This document shows, piece after piece, positions 46,063-55,389 of a DNA stretch of 63,800 nucleotides. Below the pieces are notes generated by a model. That model was not told where the DNA came from. It did not search any database and saw only the letters and a program-made list of their open reading frames with translations. Positions within the stretch are counted from its first letter, which is position 1. Each line of letters opens with the position of its first letter. A program made the position numbers and the translations under genes. Source of the DNA: Thermoplasmatota archaeon (GTDB taxonomy: Archaea > Thermoplasmatota > E2 > DHVEG-1); the NCBI GenBank assembly GCA_016932245.1, contig JAFGDG010000086.1, positions 1-63,800 on the forward strand, given 5' to 3'.

Positions 46063-47151
46063 CTACGATGTTTCATACTCGCCAAGAAACATTATTCGGC
46101 GTCGGCCAAGATTAGAATCCCAGATAAACCCCCAATCTTCATCGCTTGCTTTTTTTCCCTCCTCAATGGTTTGAATATAGTTTTTGACCTGTGAGTCCAT
46201 CATATCTGCTGCGTGAAGCACCACTGCTTCGACAATTTTTGGCATTCTGGGCGATCCAAACTCGTACTTTCCATGGTGGCTGAGAATCAGATGACAAAGA
46301 TACTGTTCTAACTTTTCATCAAATGGCTTTCCCTTTTCCCGTAAGAGAGCACTTTTCTCTCGTACCCAATGCTCTCCGATGACTATATGGCCAATGAAAT
46401 TCCCCTCATCGGTTTTATCAATTGCTGCTGTCGTTCTATACTCTTTGAGCTTACCTATATCATGAAGAATTGCCCCTGCAATGACTAAATCCCGATCGAT
46501 ACCTGGATACATTTCACAAATGTTATTACACAGTCGTATGACACCAACCGTGTGCTCGAGATTCCCCCCCACATAGTTATGATGATGAGTAATGGCTGAA
46601 GGTGCATGTGTATAGTCTTTCACAAAGTCTTTATCAGCAAAAAACAACTCAAGTAGCGATCGCAATTGCTGATTTTTAAGTGAGGCAACCTCTGCTTTTA
46701 CCATTTCAAACAAGTTAGCTATACGGTCCTCTTCCAAGGAGGGAATAAAGTCACTCACGTCATACTCAGAAGGACTACACCGTCGCATCCCGCCGGTGGT
46801 CTCATTAATAGATATCTGTGGTGTCTCCTCATAAATTTCTACGCTCCCCAGCCGTATCTGTACAACATCTCCCACTTTGAAACTATCATACAGACGTTTC
46901 ACTCGGTCTTTGTTGTCTCCGCCCCAAAATTTAACGCCTATTTCACCGGTCTTATCAGTTGCAACAATACTAAACCATGTACCTCGTTTGTATATGCGTG
47001 GCGGATTTTTCAACTTCACCGCAAAAAAATCATTGACCACATCCCCCTCTCTGAGGTTTTCGATAAACTGCTCTTTCTTTCGTCTTCCCGTGTCAGTCTT
47101 TATCATTGTTTGCTCGTCCTGTTTTTTCTTATATCCTAACACATCGGTCAT
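46063..47151 (-). CDS. OB-fold plus HD-domain phosphohydrolase (YhaM-like 3'-5' exoribonuclease family)
   Basis: N-terminal OB fold (FFAVKLKNPP...WFSIVATDKTGEIGVKFW) and an HD domain (HHHNYVGGNLEHT...GAILHDIGK). Its stop abuts the trm112 start. Confidence 0.7.
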   Translation of the reverse strand: MTDVLGYKKKQDEQTMIKTDTGRRKKEQFIENLREGDVVNDFFAVKLKNPPRIYKRGTWFSIVATDKTGEIGVKFWGGDNKDRVKRLYDSFKVGDVVQIRLGSVEIYEETPQISINETTGGMRRCSPSEYDVSDFIPSLEEDRIANLFEMVKAEVASLKNQQLRSLLELFFADKDFVKDYTHAPSAITHHHNYVGGNLEHTVGVIRLCNNICEMYPGIDRDLVIAGAILHDIGKLKEYRTTAAIDKTDEGNFIGHIVIGEHWVREKSALLREKGKPFDEKLEQYLCHLILSHHGKYEFGSPRMPKIVEAVVLHAADMMDSQVKNYIQTIEEGKKASDEDWGFIWDSNLGRRRIMFLGEYETS

Positions 47152-47227
47152 AGTAGATTTTCCCCCAGGAGGTAATCAAGATACCATACACTATAGTGTT
47201 TTGATTTATACGTTTTTCCTAGAAACG

Positions 47228-47812
47228 TTAAGTCTCTCTTTCTGATAACAGATAAACACCATAGCGAGCACACCACAAGAATCCTGGGAACAGAACGAAT
47301 ACTTCAGGTATAGCAATACCAGAAAAGAACAATAAAAATACGGATGATCCTGCCGAAATGGCGGTTACCACTAACGATTCAAAACCAATACGTTTCAACA
47401 TACTGTCTGGTCGTCTAAAGAGCCGCACACCAATAACAAAAAATCCCAAGGGAAAAGCAATGAAAAACAGTCCAGCCAGATCAACATGACTCGCGCTAGG
47501 TAATGGAAAAATACCAACACCCATAAGATATATGCCACTCAATGAGAAAATCGTTGGACCCACCCGTTCTTTTTTCAAATGCAGATTCAAACCAATGGAA
47601 AATACCAACAATAAAAAACCAATCAGGATGAGACCATAATTAAAAAACAACAGCCCATATTCTGGAATGCCAAGATCGCTAATTGCATTTTCTGTCCAAC
47701 TGAACCAAGGAGCATATGGCAATGTGCCAATCAAGACTGCAAGTGCTATAAACGGAAGAAGAACGCCACTTATCCCTGCCAGCATTCGGATGGCTATTGT
47801 ATATTTTTTCAT
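47228..47812 (-). CDS. DUF998-like membrane protein
   Basis: 194 aa, about 6 TM segments. PWFSWTENAISDLG resembles the DUF998 signature. Confidence 0.55.
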   Translation of the reverse strand: MKKYTIAIRMLAGISGVLLPFIALAVLIGTLPYAPWFSWTENAISDLGIPEYGLLFFNYGLILIGFLLLVFSIGLNLHLKKERVGPTIFSLSGIYLMGVGIFPLPSASHVDLAGLFFIAFPLGFFVIGVRLFRRPDSMLKRIGFESLVVTAISAGSSVFLLFFSGIAIPEVFVLFPGFLWCARYGVYLLSERET

Positions 47813-47839
47813 ATTCTCTCTTTTCTTATCACAACCATG

Positions 47840-49282
47840 TTAGACTGTATAGACCGCCCCCTCTTTTACTGGCACAATATCCGGTTCTAATGTGTTAAAT
47901 AAATGTGGTTTTTCTGTATGTATAGGGTACAGTGTTTGTGGCTTTATCCTCACAACCATGGCTTTGAGATCTTCACCATTGATATGTCCTGAACAATGAG
48001 ACTGCACAAATCGCAAACCAAAATGGTTCAGCCAATTGCGCATTCGTTCATAAGAGATCTCCATTTCTTCGTTAAATGGCTCTGAAAGAGAATGGATATA
48101 GACACCATGTTTTGGTTGCAAATCAACAAGCATATTCAAATACCAAAAGTTTAACACAATCATATATCGGTTAGGAAATTTCTTAACATCCTCTGCTGTG
48201 ATGATATTGGGATAATTCAGTCGTTTTTTGATGTAATAATCTGAGTAATCTTCGTTGATATAGGTGCCTGTCAATCTCTTTGGTTTTAATAGCATAATTT
48301 TGTCATCTCGACTATCAGGGACCATAAGTTTTTTATCTCGGTGGTACCGCTCAAGAAAGCACGCATGTTTAAAACTGATTACTAGTGTTTTCCCCAATGC
48401 CTCTGCAATACGATAAAAGGTGGTGAACCGGTCCACATCTTTAAAATTAAAGTCAACAAATGTCATGCTGTTGCATGCTGCAATTTCCTTTTTTGACGCT
48501 TCATATACCTGCTGCTCTGATTCCCCTGTATTTTTGGTGTCAATTCGAGTACCTTCGGTGATCATTGCCACTGGTTTTGCTTCTTCAGCTTTAGTTACAA
48601 ACTCATCGGTCATTTCGGCATGAATGCCATGGGATCTGAGATCTCCAGTGTAGACAATTGATCCTTCAGAAGTATGGACGATAAAGCCGTAAGCGCCAGG
48701 CACCGAATGATCGACATGGATTGGTTCAATCTCAAGAGAATCAATGGTTATTGTTTTTCCTGTGCGAAAGGTATGAAATGTACGTCTGGTGGGTGGGGTT
48801 TTATAATCGCATTTATAGACCGGTCGTTTTCGATAATTCATTATTTCATTTTCAATGGTTCGTTGGCTCTGCTCGTCTACCGCCTCTAAAATATATTTAC
48901 ACGTTTCTCCGCAATAAATAGGAATGTCCTTGTGAAGAAAAGAAATATAGTTTGCATGGTCGGCATGTGCATGAGAAAGTACAACTCCTGCAATGTCTGG
49001 TTCTTGAGCCTTTTTTCCTGCATGCTCGAGTAAGTCCTCTCGGTATACACCAGCAATATCAGGGAGCAATCCCAACTCTAGAAAGTCACCCATGCCGTTT
49101 GCAGATCGCGGCATCAAAAACTCTTCAAAAAACTTACCTCTTCTTGTAAAACCCATGCCAAAATCAAGAAAGATTTTTGTTCCACTGTCTTCGAGGAGAA
49201 TTTTGTTACCACCAATTTCATCAACTCCTCCATAAAATGTTAAGGCAACCACGTTTTGTTCACCGCTGCTATTGTTGAACAA
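47840..49282 (-). CDS. rnj: metallo-beta-lactamase / beta-CASP ribonuclease (archaeal RNase J-like)
   Basis: ALTFYGGVDEIGGNKILLED, HAHADH motif 2 and a C-terminal beta-CASP-like region with HCSGH. No in-frame ATG near the N-terminus, so the start is TTG 49282 or GTG 49252. Confidence 0.7.
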   Translation of the reverse strand: MFNNSSGEQNVVALTFYGGVDEIGGNKILLEDSGTKIFLDFGMGFTRRGKFFEEFLMPRSANGMGDFLELGLLPDIAGVYREDLLEHAGKKAQEPDIAGVVLSHAHADHANYISFLHKDIPIYCGETCKYILEAVDEQSQRTIENEIMNYRKRPVYKCDYKTPPTRRTFHTFRTGKTITIDSLEIEPIHVDHSVPGAYGFIVHTSEGSIVYTGDLRSHGIHAEMTDEFVTKAEEAKPVAMITEGTRIDTKNTGESEQQVYEASKKEIAACNSMTFVDFNFKDVDRFTTFYRIAEALGKTLVISFKHACFLERYHRDKKLMVPDSRDDKIMLLKPKRLTGTYINEDYSDYYIKKRLNYPNIITAEDVKKFPNRYMIVLNFWYLNMLVDLQPKHGVYIHSLSEPFNEEMEISYERMRNWLNHFGLRFVQSHCSGHINGEDLKAMVVRIKPQTLYPIHTEKPHLFNTLEPDIVPVKEGAVYTV

Positions 49283-49579
49283 GCAGCGTCTACATAAAGG
49301 TTATTGAAGAAAACTAAAGGAACCATTCGCTACTTTTTCCGCTCTCGTGCCAAATCCCTAGCTCGTTGTCCAACAACAAACAATTTGGCAATAAATGTAA
49401 TCTCATTCGCTTCTTCTTTGTTTGATACTTGGCCGACAATCATCATAGGTATCTACGTACCTATTTGCATGTTTACTTTAAAACGTCTTGTTGTACAGAT
49501 GTTATCCACAATTGTCGGTTTGCAATCGAAACTAATAAAGCATGGATGTTTGTTTAAGGGTTGTAAGGGTGTCGCCTTT

Positions 49580-50647
49580 ATGCCAGCAATAAATATATAC
49601 GACATGCTTACCTCTTATGACAAAAAAAACCTTACCATAGCAACGGTTTGTTCGCATTCTTCTCTGCAAATTTTTAACGGCGCAAAAAAGGAAGGATTTA
49701 AAACCTTGGGCATCGCTGTTGGCGAGAAGAAAAAATTCTATGATGCGTTTCCCTTAGGAAAACCAGATGATTTTCTTACAGTAAATAATTACAAAGATAT
49801 TTTGAAATACACTGATGAACTGCGAGAACAAAATGTCATTGTTGTGCCCCATGGGTCATTTGTTGAGTATCTCGGCCCAAAGAATTTTTTAACATTAGCA
49901 GTCCCCACCTTTGGTAATAGACAAGTGCTTACTTGGGAATCTAATCGAAAAAAAGAGCGAGTGTGGCTTGAAGGTGCAGGACTTACGATGCCAAAAGAAA
50001 TTAAGGATCCCAAAAAAATTGATAAACCAGTGATTGTGAAATATCATGGGGCAAAGGGGGGAAAGGGATTTTTTATCGCAAAAACATATGACGAATTTAA
50101 AAAACGTGTCAAAAAAAATAAATCCTTTGCCATCCAAGAATTTGTGATGGGGACTCGATATTATCTACATTACTTTTATTCACCTATTCAGGACAATGCC
50201 TATAAAGTCAGTAAGGGAAGCATTCAACTCCTTTCCATGGATCGTCGCGACGAGACGACCATTGATGAAGTGCAGCGTCTCGGCTCTATTGCTGAGTTGG
50301 AGGAGCTTGGCATTCATCCCACCTTTGTCGTAACGGGTAACATTCCTATTGTGATGCGAGAATCATTACTTCCTAAAGTCTTTCAAATGGGCGAAGCCGT
50401 GGTTGAAAAATCACTAGAACTCTTTGGTGGTGTAATTGGTTCATTTTGTTTAGAAACCGTCGTTACTGAGGATTTGGAGTTTAAGGTATTTGAAATCTCA
50501 GCACGTATTGTTGCAGGAACAAATCCGTATGTTTCAGGCTCTCCCTATGCTGAACTGATTCAACCTGATTTATCAACAGGGAGAAGAATTGCACAAGAAA
50601 TTACATATGCAACAAAGCACAACTGTCTTGATGAAATTTTAAGTTAA
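49580..50647 (+). CDS. purP: 5-formaminoimidazole-4-carboxamide ribonucleotide synthetase
   Basis: TIATVCSHSSLQIFNGAKKEGFKT, VVPHGSFVEY, GNRQVLTWESNR and ITGNIPIVMRESLL align by eye with archaeal PurP. Start moved to ATG 49580, which matches the PurP N-terminal length. Confidence 0.85.
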   Translation: MPAINIYDMLTSYDKKNLTIATVCSHSSLQIFNGAKKEGFKTLGIAVGEKKKFYDAFPLGKPDDFLTVNNYKDILKYTDELREQNVIVVPHGSFVEYLGPKNFLTLAVPTFGNRQVLTWESNRKKERVWLEGAGLTMPKEIKDPKKIDKPVIVKYHGAKGGKGFFIAKTYDEFKKRVKKNKSFAIQEFVMGTRYYLHYFYSPIQDNAYKVSKGSIQLLSMDRRDETTIDEVQRLGSIAELEELGIHPTFVVTGNIPIVMRESLLPKVFQMGEAVVEKSLELFGGVIGSFCLETVVTEDLEFKVFEISARIVAGTNPYVSGSPYAELIQPDLSTGRRIAQEITYATKHNCLDEILS

Positions 50648-50664
50648 TATCAACCATGAATATT

Positions 50665-51573
50665 TCATGTTAGAAGAGTGACCATAATGGCTATCTGTGC
50701 CCACATTCTGTTTTCCGCCTCATCAAAAATAACAGATTGTTTTCCATGAGCCACTTCTTTAGTGACTTCATAGCCATAGTATGCGGGAAGACAATGCAAA
50801 AAGATAGCATCAGATTTTGCACCTTTCATCAGCGTGTCATCGATCGTATAGTCCTTAAAATCTTGCAAACGCTGTTGTTTTTGCTCCTCATCTCCCATGG
50901 AAACCCAGGTGTCGGTTGCCACAACATCAGCCTCTCTGGTAGAATCTTTTACCAAATCCGTGATTTTTATGGTGATGCCAAACTTCTTTGCTTGATTGAC
51001 AAAGAACGCCTCTGGCCAATATTTTTTAGGAGCGACAATGGTAATATTCATTCCAGTAACGGCGCAGCCCAATAGATAGGAATGCGCCATATTGTTTTTC
51101 CCATCACCTAGGTAAACTAAGTGTAATCCCTTAAGTGTTCCTTTGTGTTCTTTGATGGTCATCAGGTCGGTTATTACCTGACAAGGATGTTCTTTATCAT
51201 CAAGTCCTGAAATCACAGGAACCGTTGCATGGTGTGCCAGTTCTTTCATAGCCCTGTTACTTTTTGCCCGATACATGATGATGTCAACATAGCGAGAAAG
51301 GACAAGTGCGGTATCTTCGATGGACTCTCCACGTCCAAGTTGTAGATCGTTGGTGCTCAAGAAAATGGCATGTCCACCTAATTTTGTCATACCGGTTTCA
51401 AAAGACACCCTGGTCCGTGTACTTGATTTTTCAAAAATCATTCCTAGTGTCTTTCCTTTCAACAGTTCGATATTTATGCCACTTTTTGCCCTCCGTTTTA
51501 AATCGATGCCTCTATCGATAATATCATCCAAGTCATCCTTTACATCTAACATAGAAATAAGGTCTCGTTTCAT
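50665..51573 (-). CDS. argF: ornithine carbamoyltransferase
   Basis: FEKSSTRTRVSFE, DTWVSMG and HCLPA motifs. Start placed at ATG 51573 (MKRDLISMLD). Confidence 0.9.
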   Translation of the reverse strand: MKRDLISMLDVKDDLDDIIDRGIDLKRRAKSGINIELLKGKTLGMIFEKSSTRTRVSFETGMTKLGGHAIFLSTNDLQLGRGESIEDTALVLSRYVDIIMYRAKSNRAMKELAHHATVPVISGLDDKEHPCQVITDLMTIKEHKGTLKGLHLVYLGDGKNNMAHSYLLGCAVTGMNITIVAPKKYWPEAFFVNQAKKFGITIKITDLVKDSTREADVVATDTWVSMGDEEQKQQRLQDFKDYTIDDTLMKGAKSDAIFLHCLPAYYGYEVTKEVAHGKQSVIFDEAENRMWAQIAIMVTLLT

Positions 51574-51658
51574 CGAAGGGGGGAATGCCCTTTCCTTCTT
51601 TAAACGTATCGTTGTGGGAAAAGCTATATTTACAAAAAACATACCCTGTCGTGAACAG

Positions 51659-52681
51659 ATGGGAATTGATTTAGGGGATCTCTTTAAAAAAGAAAAAGTG
51701 GCCTTTCAAGATATGAAAGACAGCGTTATCGTAATTGATGCCTATAATGTTCTTCATCAATTTCTTTCTAGTATTAGACAGCGAGATGGTACTCCGTTAA
51801 AGGACGCACAAGGAAGAATCACGTCTCATCTTTCTGGTCTGTTTTATCGAACAGCAAACATGGTAGAAGCACGTATCCGTCCGGTCTACGTCTTTGATGG
51901 TGAACCACATATACTCAAGGCAAAAACGCTTCAACAGCGAAAAGAAAGAAAAGAACGAGCTGAAAAGGAATGGAAAGAGGCACTGGAAAAAGGAGATCTG
52001 AAGAAAGCCAGAACAAAAGCACAGCAAACCTCGCGGGTGACCGATGAAATCATCGAGCAAAGTGAAGCATTGCTTACGGCACTAGGAGTCCCGTATATAC
52101 ACGCCCCTTCTGAGGGGGAAGCTCAAGCAAGTTACATGGTCAAAAAAGGCGATGCGTATGCAGCTGGTTCACAGGATTTTGATTGTTTGTTGTTTGGTGC
52201 ACCTATTCTCGTTCGTAATTTAACTTCATCAGGTAAACGAAAATTGCCCAACAAACAAGCTTATGTGAAAGTGAACCCCGAACTCATTCGGCTGAAAGCA
52301 GGATTAAAATCATTGCACATTCTGCAGAAACAGCTGATTGATATGGCCATTCTCATTGGTACCGACTTTAACGACGGCATCAAAGGTATTGGACCAAAAA
52401 AAAGCTTACAGTTGATCAAAAAGGCAGGCAATCTTGAAAATGCCTTGGCAACCGTTGGTGATGCCAATGCACCAACGTTTGATGAAATTGAGCAGATTCG
52501 CAACATTTTCCTCCATCCAAAAGTGACTGACAAGTACTCACTACACTGGAGCGCTCCTGATACTGATGCCGTGCTTGGTATCCTTTGTGACGATCATCAC
52601 TTCAGTCGTGAACGTATTGAACCCATTCTTGAAAAATTCTCATTGATAGAACAGATGATGAAACAAAAAACACTCTTTTAG
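51659..52681 (+). CDS. fen: flap endonuclease 1
   Basis: MGIDLGDL..., VFDGEPHILK, GEAQASYM, SQDFDCLLFGAP and GIGPKKSLQLI (H3TH), with a C-terminal PIP-like QKTLF. Start placed at ATG 51659. Confidence 0.9.
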   Translation: MGIDLGDLFKKEKVAFQDMKDSVIVIDAYNVLHQFLSSIRQRDGTPLKDAQGRITSHLSGLFYRTANMVEARIRPVYVFDGEPHILKAKTLQQRKERKERAEKEWKEALEKGDLKKARTKAQQTSRVTDEIIEQSEALLTALGVPYIHAPSEGEAQASYMVKKGDAYAAGSQDFDCLLFGAPILVRNLTSSGKRKLPNKQAYVKVNPELIRLKAGLKSLHILQKQLIDMAILIGTDFNDGIKGIGPKKSLQLIKKAGNLENALATVGDANAPTFDEIEQIRNIFLHPKVTDKYSLHWSAPDTDAVLGILCDDHHFSRERIEPILEKFSLIEQMMKQKTLF

Positions 52682-52706
52682 TTTTCTTGTACAAATGCCG
52701 TAACGG

Positions 52707-53426
52707 CTAATCCCTCTTCATCAGGAAATTGAGTGAGTCGCCGGGCTTGAATTCCTTCGGCTCCTGTTCATTTTTAAAGATGCGTGCACCGGTACTGCCC
52801 TTTAACGTAACCTTGTTTCCAACAATATGAAGCATAGCACCTTCTCGTAATCCCACGACATACTCTGTGTTATAGCAATGAAACTCTTTGATACGCGTTG
52901 CTCGTGTTTCTCCTTTATATGTTGATTGAGGGTCAGGATCGAGATAATGAGGATTGATATTGAAGGGAACGAGATTCAGCGCGTCAAAACTTGGCGGATA
53001 GACAATAGGCATGTCGTTTGTTGTTTTGATACTTTTACAAGCAACGTTTGAGCCCGCACTGGTACCAATGTAGGGCATGCCTTCTTTTACTTTCTTTCGT
53101 ATATCATCGATGATGTTTGCTTGGTATAATCCGTGCAACAACACAAACGTGTTTCCTCCACCAATAAATAAAACTTCTGCTTTCTTTACTGCATCCTTTG
53201 GCGACGAATGTTCGTGAATGCCAGTGAGTTTATACCCCATTTTTTTAAATCGATCATTTGCAACAGCAGTATACTTGTCGTGGGTCATTCCTCCTGGACG
53301 AGCATAGGGAATAAAGAGCACCTGTTTACCTTTTCCTAAAAATGTTATGATGTTATCAGTACAGTGGTCCAAATATCCGCTCCCATGTAATGTTGAATTG
53401 CTTATGAGTAGTAGTTGCCGAGTCAT
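52707..53426 (-). CDS. pepE: dipeptidase E (peptidase S51)
   Basis: LLLISNSTLHGSGYLDH, FIGGGNTF and IGTSAGSNV (nucleophile Ser context) match PepE. Confidence 0.75.
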   Translation of the reverse strand: MTRQLLLISNSTLHGSGYLDHCTDNIITFLGKGKQVLFIPYARPGGMTHDKYTAVANDRFKKMGYKLTGIHEHSSPKDAVKKAEVLFIGGGNTFVLLHGLYQANIIDDIRKKVKEGMPYIGTSAGSNVACKSIKTTNDMPIVYPPSFDALNLVPFNINPHYLDPDPQSTYKGETRATRIKEFHCYNTEYVVGLREGAMLHIVGNKVTLKGSTGARIFKNEQEPKEFKPGDSLNFLMKRD

Positions 53427-53474
53427 AATAAAAAGATTCCCTTTGTTTTTAAAAACTTTGGGGGAACCGACCCC

Positions 53475-53690
53475 TTATTTTTTTATAACTTTAAATCTGT
53501 CAGTCCCTATTAATAGTGCTAACCGCTCGCCATTGTCCCAATTTACCCAGATGAGGTCCTGGTCTTCTTCTATTTCAGTGACAGTCCCCCGGGATCCCTT
53601 TTGCAAAGAGGTCCAGGAATCATCGGTTTCGATAAGCTCGACACGATCTCCAATTTTTACCTTTATTTTCTCTTTCACAGTATCTCCCAA
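53475..53690 (-). CDS. DUF4314-like small protein
   Basis: 71 aa. IGDRVELIETDDSWTSLQKGSRGTVTEIEEDQDLIWVNWDNGERLALLIGTDRF matches my recollection of the DUF4314 pattern. Confidence 0.45.
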   Translation of the reverse strand: MGDTVKEKIKVKIGDRVELIETDDSWTSLQKGSRGTVTEIEEDQDLIWVNWDNGERLALLIGTDRFKVIKK

Positions 53691-53706
53691 CTCTATGTTT
53701 TTCAGA

Positions 53707-53778
53707 TGCGGATACCGGGATTTGAACCCGGGTGAGTGGCTTGGGAAGCCACTATCATAACCACTAGATCATATCCGC
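53707..53778 (-). tRNA. tRNA-Gly (anticodon CCC)
   Basis: 72-nt cloverleaf. Acceptor GCGGATA/TATCCGC, anticodon stem GTGGC/GCCAC with loop TTCCCAA, T arm CCGGG-TTCAAAT-CCCGG, discriminator A. Confidence 0.9.
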
Positions 53779-53814
53779 AAGAATTGAAAAAGGATGGGAA
53801 GAGAAAACTCCCAT

Positions 53815-55263
53815 CTATATTCGTTCTAAGATTTTCAGCACGTATTTATAGAACTTATCGACGGTACTGACATGCACTTGTTCTTCAGGTGAATGCGGAT
53901 ATTTGATGGTCGGCCCGATAGAAATCATATCCATGCCAGGGAATTTCTCACCAATGATGCCACATTCAAGGCCAGCATGGATGGCTTCTACTTTTGGCTC
54001 TTTTCCATACATTTCTGCAAAGATTTTCTTTGAAAGCTTCAGCACGCTAGATTCAAGATTTGGTTGCCACCCGGGGTATGGAGTATCTTCCTTTACTGAT
54101 GCACCGGAAAGTTCTGCTACTGCTCGTATGCGGTCACGAAAATCTTGTAAGGCAGATCTGATGGAACTTCTCGTGCTCAATCCTATGGATACTCCTCCAT
54201 CTTTCACGGCAACTGTAGCAAGGTTGGTTGATGTTTCCACCAAATCAGGAATATCGTAGCTCATCTTGTCGACGCCATGAGGAAGACCATGCAGCAAATC
54301 CAACAGTTTTGTTTGCGTGTCTTCAGAAAGTGTCGTATGGAGTTTATCAATAGGTTTGACTTCCACCTTGAAGTTGGGATCGATTGGTTTGATCTCTCCG
54401 AGAATATTTTTCTCTTCATTCTTTAATGTTGACACGAACTTATCCTTTGATGCTTTGTCAATGGAAACGGTTGCATATGCTTCTCGTGGTATGGCATTAT
54501 GTTTGTCTCCCCCTTTTATTTCACTGACGTGAACTTTGTAATCATCCTTTGTTTTCCACAACATGCGAGTCAATAATTTGACGGCGTTCCCCCGTTGCTC
54601 GTGGATATCGACACCAGAGTGTCCTCCACGTAACCCTGAGACCTTTATCATCATGCTTTCCAAATTGCCGTTAATAGGTTTGGCTTTTATCGGCAGATGT
54701 ATTTGTGAATCACCGCCACCTGCACAACCAACAGTAATGACACCAAAATCTTCACTGTCAAGATTCAACAGGATTTTGCCGGTAAGCATATTCGATTCCA
54801 TTGCAAATGCACCAGTGAGTCCTGTTTCTTCATCAACGGTAAACAGCGCCTCAAGAGGACCATGTTTTAGATGGGTATCTTCGAGAATAGCTAAGCTTAT
54901 GGCAAGACCGATACCGTTATCAGCACCAAGAGTAGTTCCATCGGCGGTTAAAACATCTCCTTCGAGTTTGAGTTTTATTGGGTCTTTTGAAAAATCATGC
55001 TTAACATCGCTGTTCTTCTCACAGACCATATCCATGTGGCCCTGCAAGATAACCGTTGTTTTCTTCTCCATGCCTTTGCTTGCAGGTTTTGTAATGACCA
55101 CATTTCCTGTTTTATCTGTTTTGAATTTCAAATTCTGTTTCTTGGCAAAATCAAGAATATATGCTCTAATTTTTTCCTCGTGCTTTGAGCACCGAGGTAT
55201 TTTTCGAATTTCATCAAAATGTTTCCATACTAATTTAGGTTCTAAGTTTTTAATGACTGACAT
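53815..55263 (-). CDS. pepD: aminoacyl-histidine dipeptidase (Xaa-His dipeptidase, M20C)
   Basis: LEPKLVWKHFDEIRKIPRCSKHEEKI N-terminus, LQGHMDMV, GADNGIG and DEETG metal-ligand motifs. Confidence 0.85.
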   Translation of the reverse strand: MSVIKNLEPKLVWKHFDEIRKIPRCSKHEEKIRAYILDFAKKQNLKFKTDKTGNVVITKPASKGMEKKTTVILQGHMDMVCEKNSDVKHDFSKDPIKLKLEGDVLTADGTTLGADNGIGLAISLAILEDTHLKHGPLEALFTVDEETGLTGAFAMESNMLTGKILLNLDSEDFGVITVGCAGGGDSQIHLPIKAKPINGNLESMMIKVSGLRGGHSGVDIHEQRGNAVKLLTRMLWKTKDDYKVHVSEIKGGDKHNAIPREAYATVSIDKASKDKFVSTLKNEEKNILGEIKPIDPNFKVEVKPIDKLHTTLSEDTQTKLLDLLHGLPHGVDKMSYDIPDLVETSTNLATVAVKDGGVSIGLSTRSSIRSALQDFRDRIRAVAELSGASVKEDTPYPGWQPNLESSVLKLSKKIFAEMYGKEPKVEAIHAGLECGIIGEKFPGMDMISIGPTIKYPHSPEEQVHVSTVDKFYKYVLKILERI

Positions 55264-55389
55264 ATCTTACGCCTCCCTCTTTTGCACATCAGGTAATACA
55301 ACCCTTAATTAAAAGATTTGCCAAGACTAGTTTTCTTTTTTATAAAGAAAAAGTATAAATATTGTTTTTCCTTCCCCCATCTGATAATT

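Noticed and set aside
49304-49579. 92-codon in-frame N-terminal extension of purP starting at TTG
   Set aside because: PurP homologues start about 17-20 residues before the conserved TIAT.SHS motif, which matches ATG 49580. The extension is hydrophobic and AT-driven and would fuse a membrane-like segment to a cytosolic ATP-grasp enzyme. It is kept only as a curiosity in the intergenic-region finding.
49283-49579. Possible SRP RNA, RNase P RNA or C/D-box sRNA in the ~300-nt gap
   Set aside because: The region is AT-rich and lacks the extended GC-rich helices and conserved motifs of 7S or RNase P RNA. A minus-strand ATGATGA could be a C box, but there is no correctly spaced CTGA D or D' box.
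51320-51658. 113-codon N-terminal extension of the FEN1 ORF
   Set aside because: It overlaps argF on the opposite strand. The FEN1 family N-terminus (MG.DL..L) begins at ATG 51659.
53347-53760. 137-aa plus-strand ORF
   Set aside because: It overlaps pepE, the DUF4314-like gene and tRNA-Gly on the opposite strand, with no motif support.
54563-55312. 249-aa plus-strand ORF, long for this GC content
   Set aside because: It is fully antisense to pepD, whose M20 motifs are unambiguous. Its Ser/Pro-rich low-complexity sequence has no motif.
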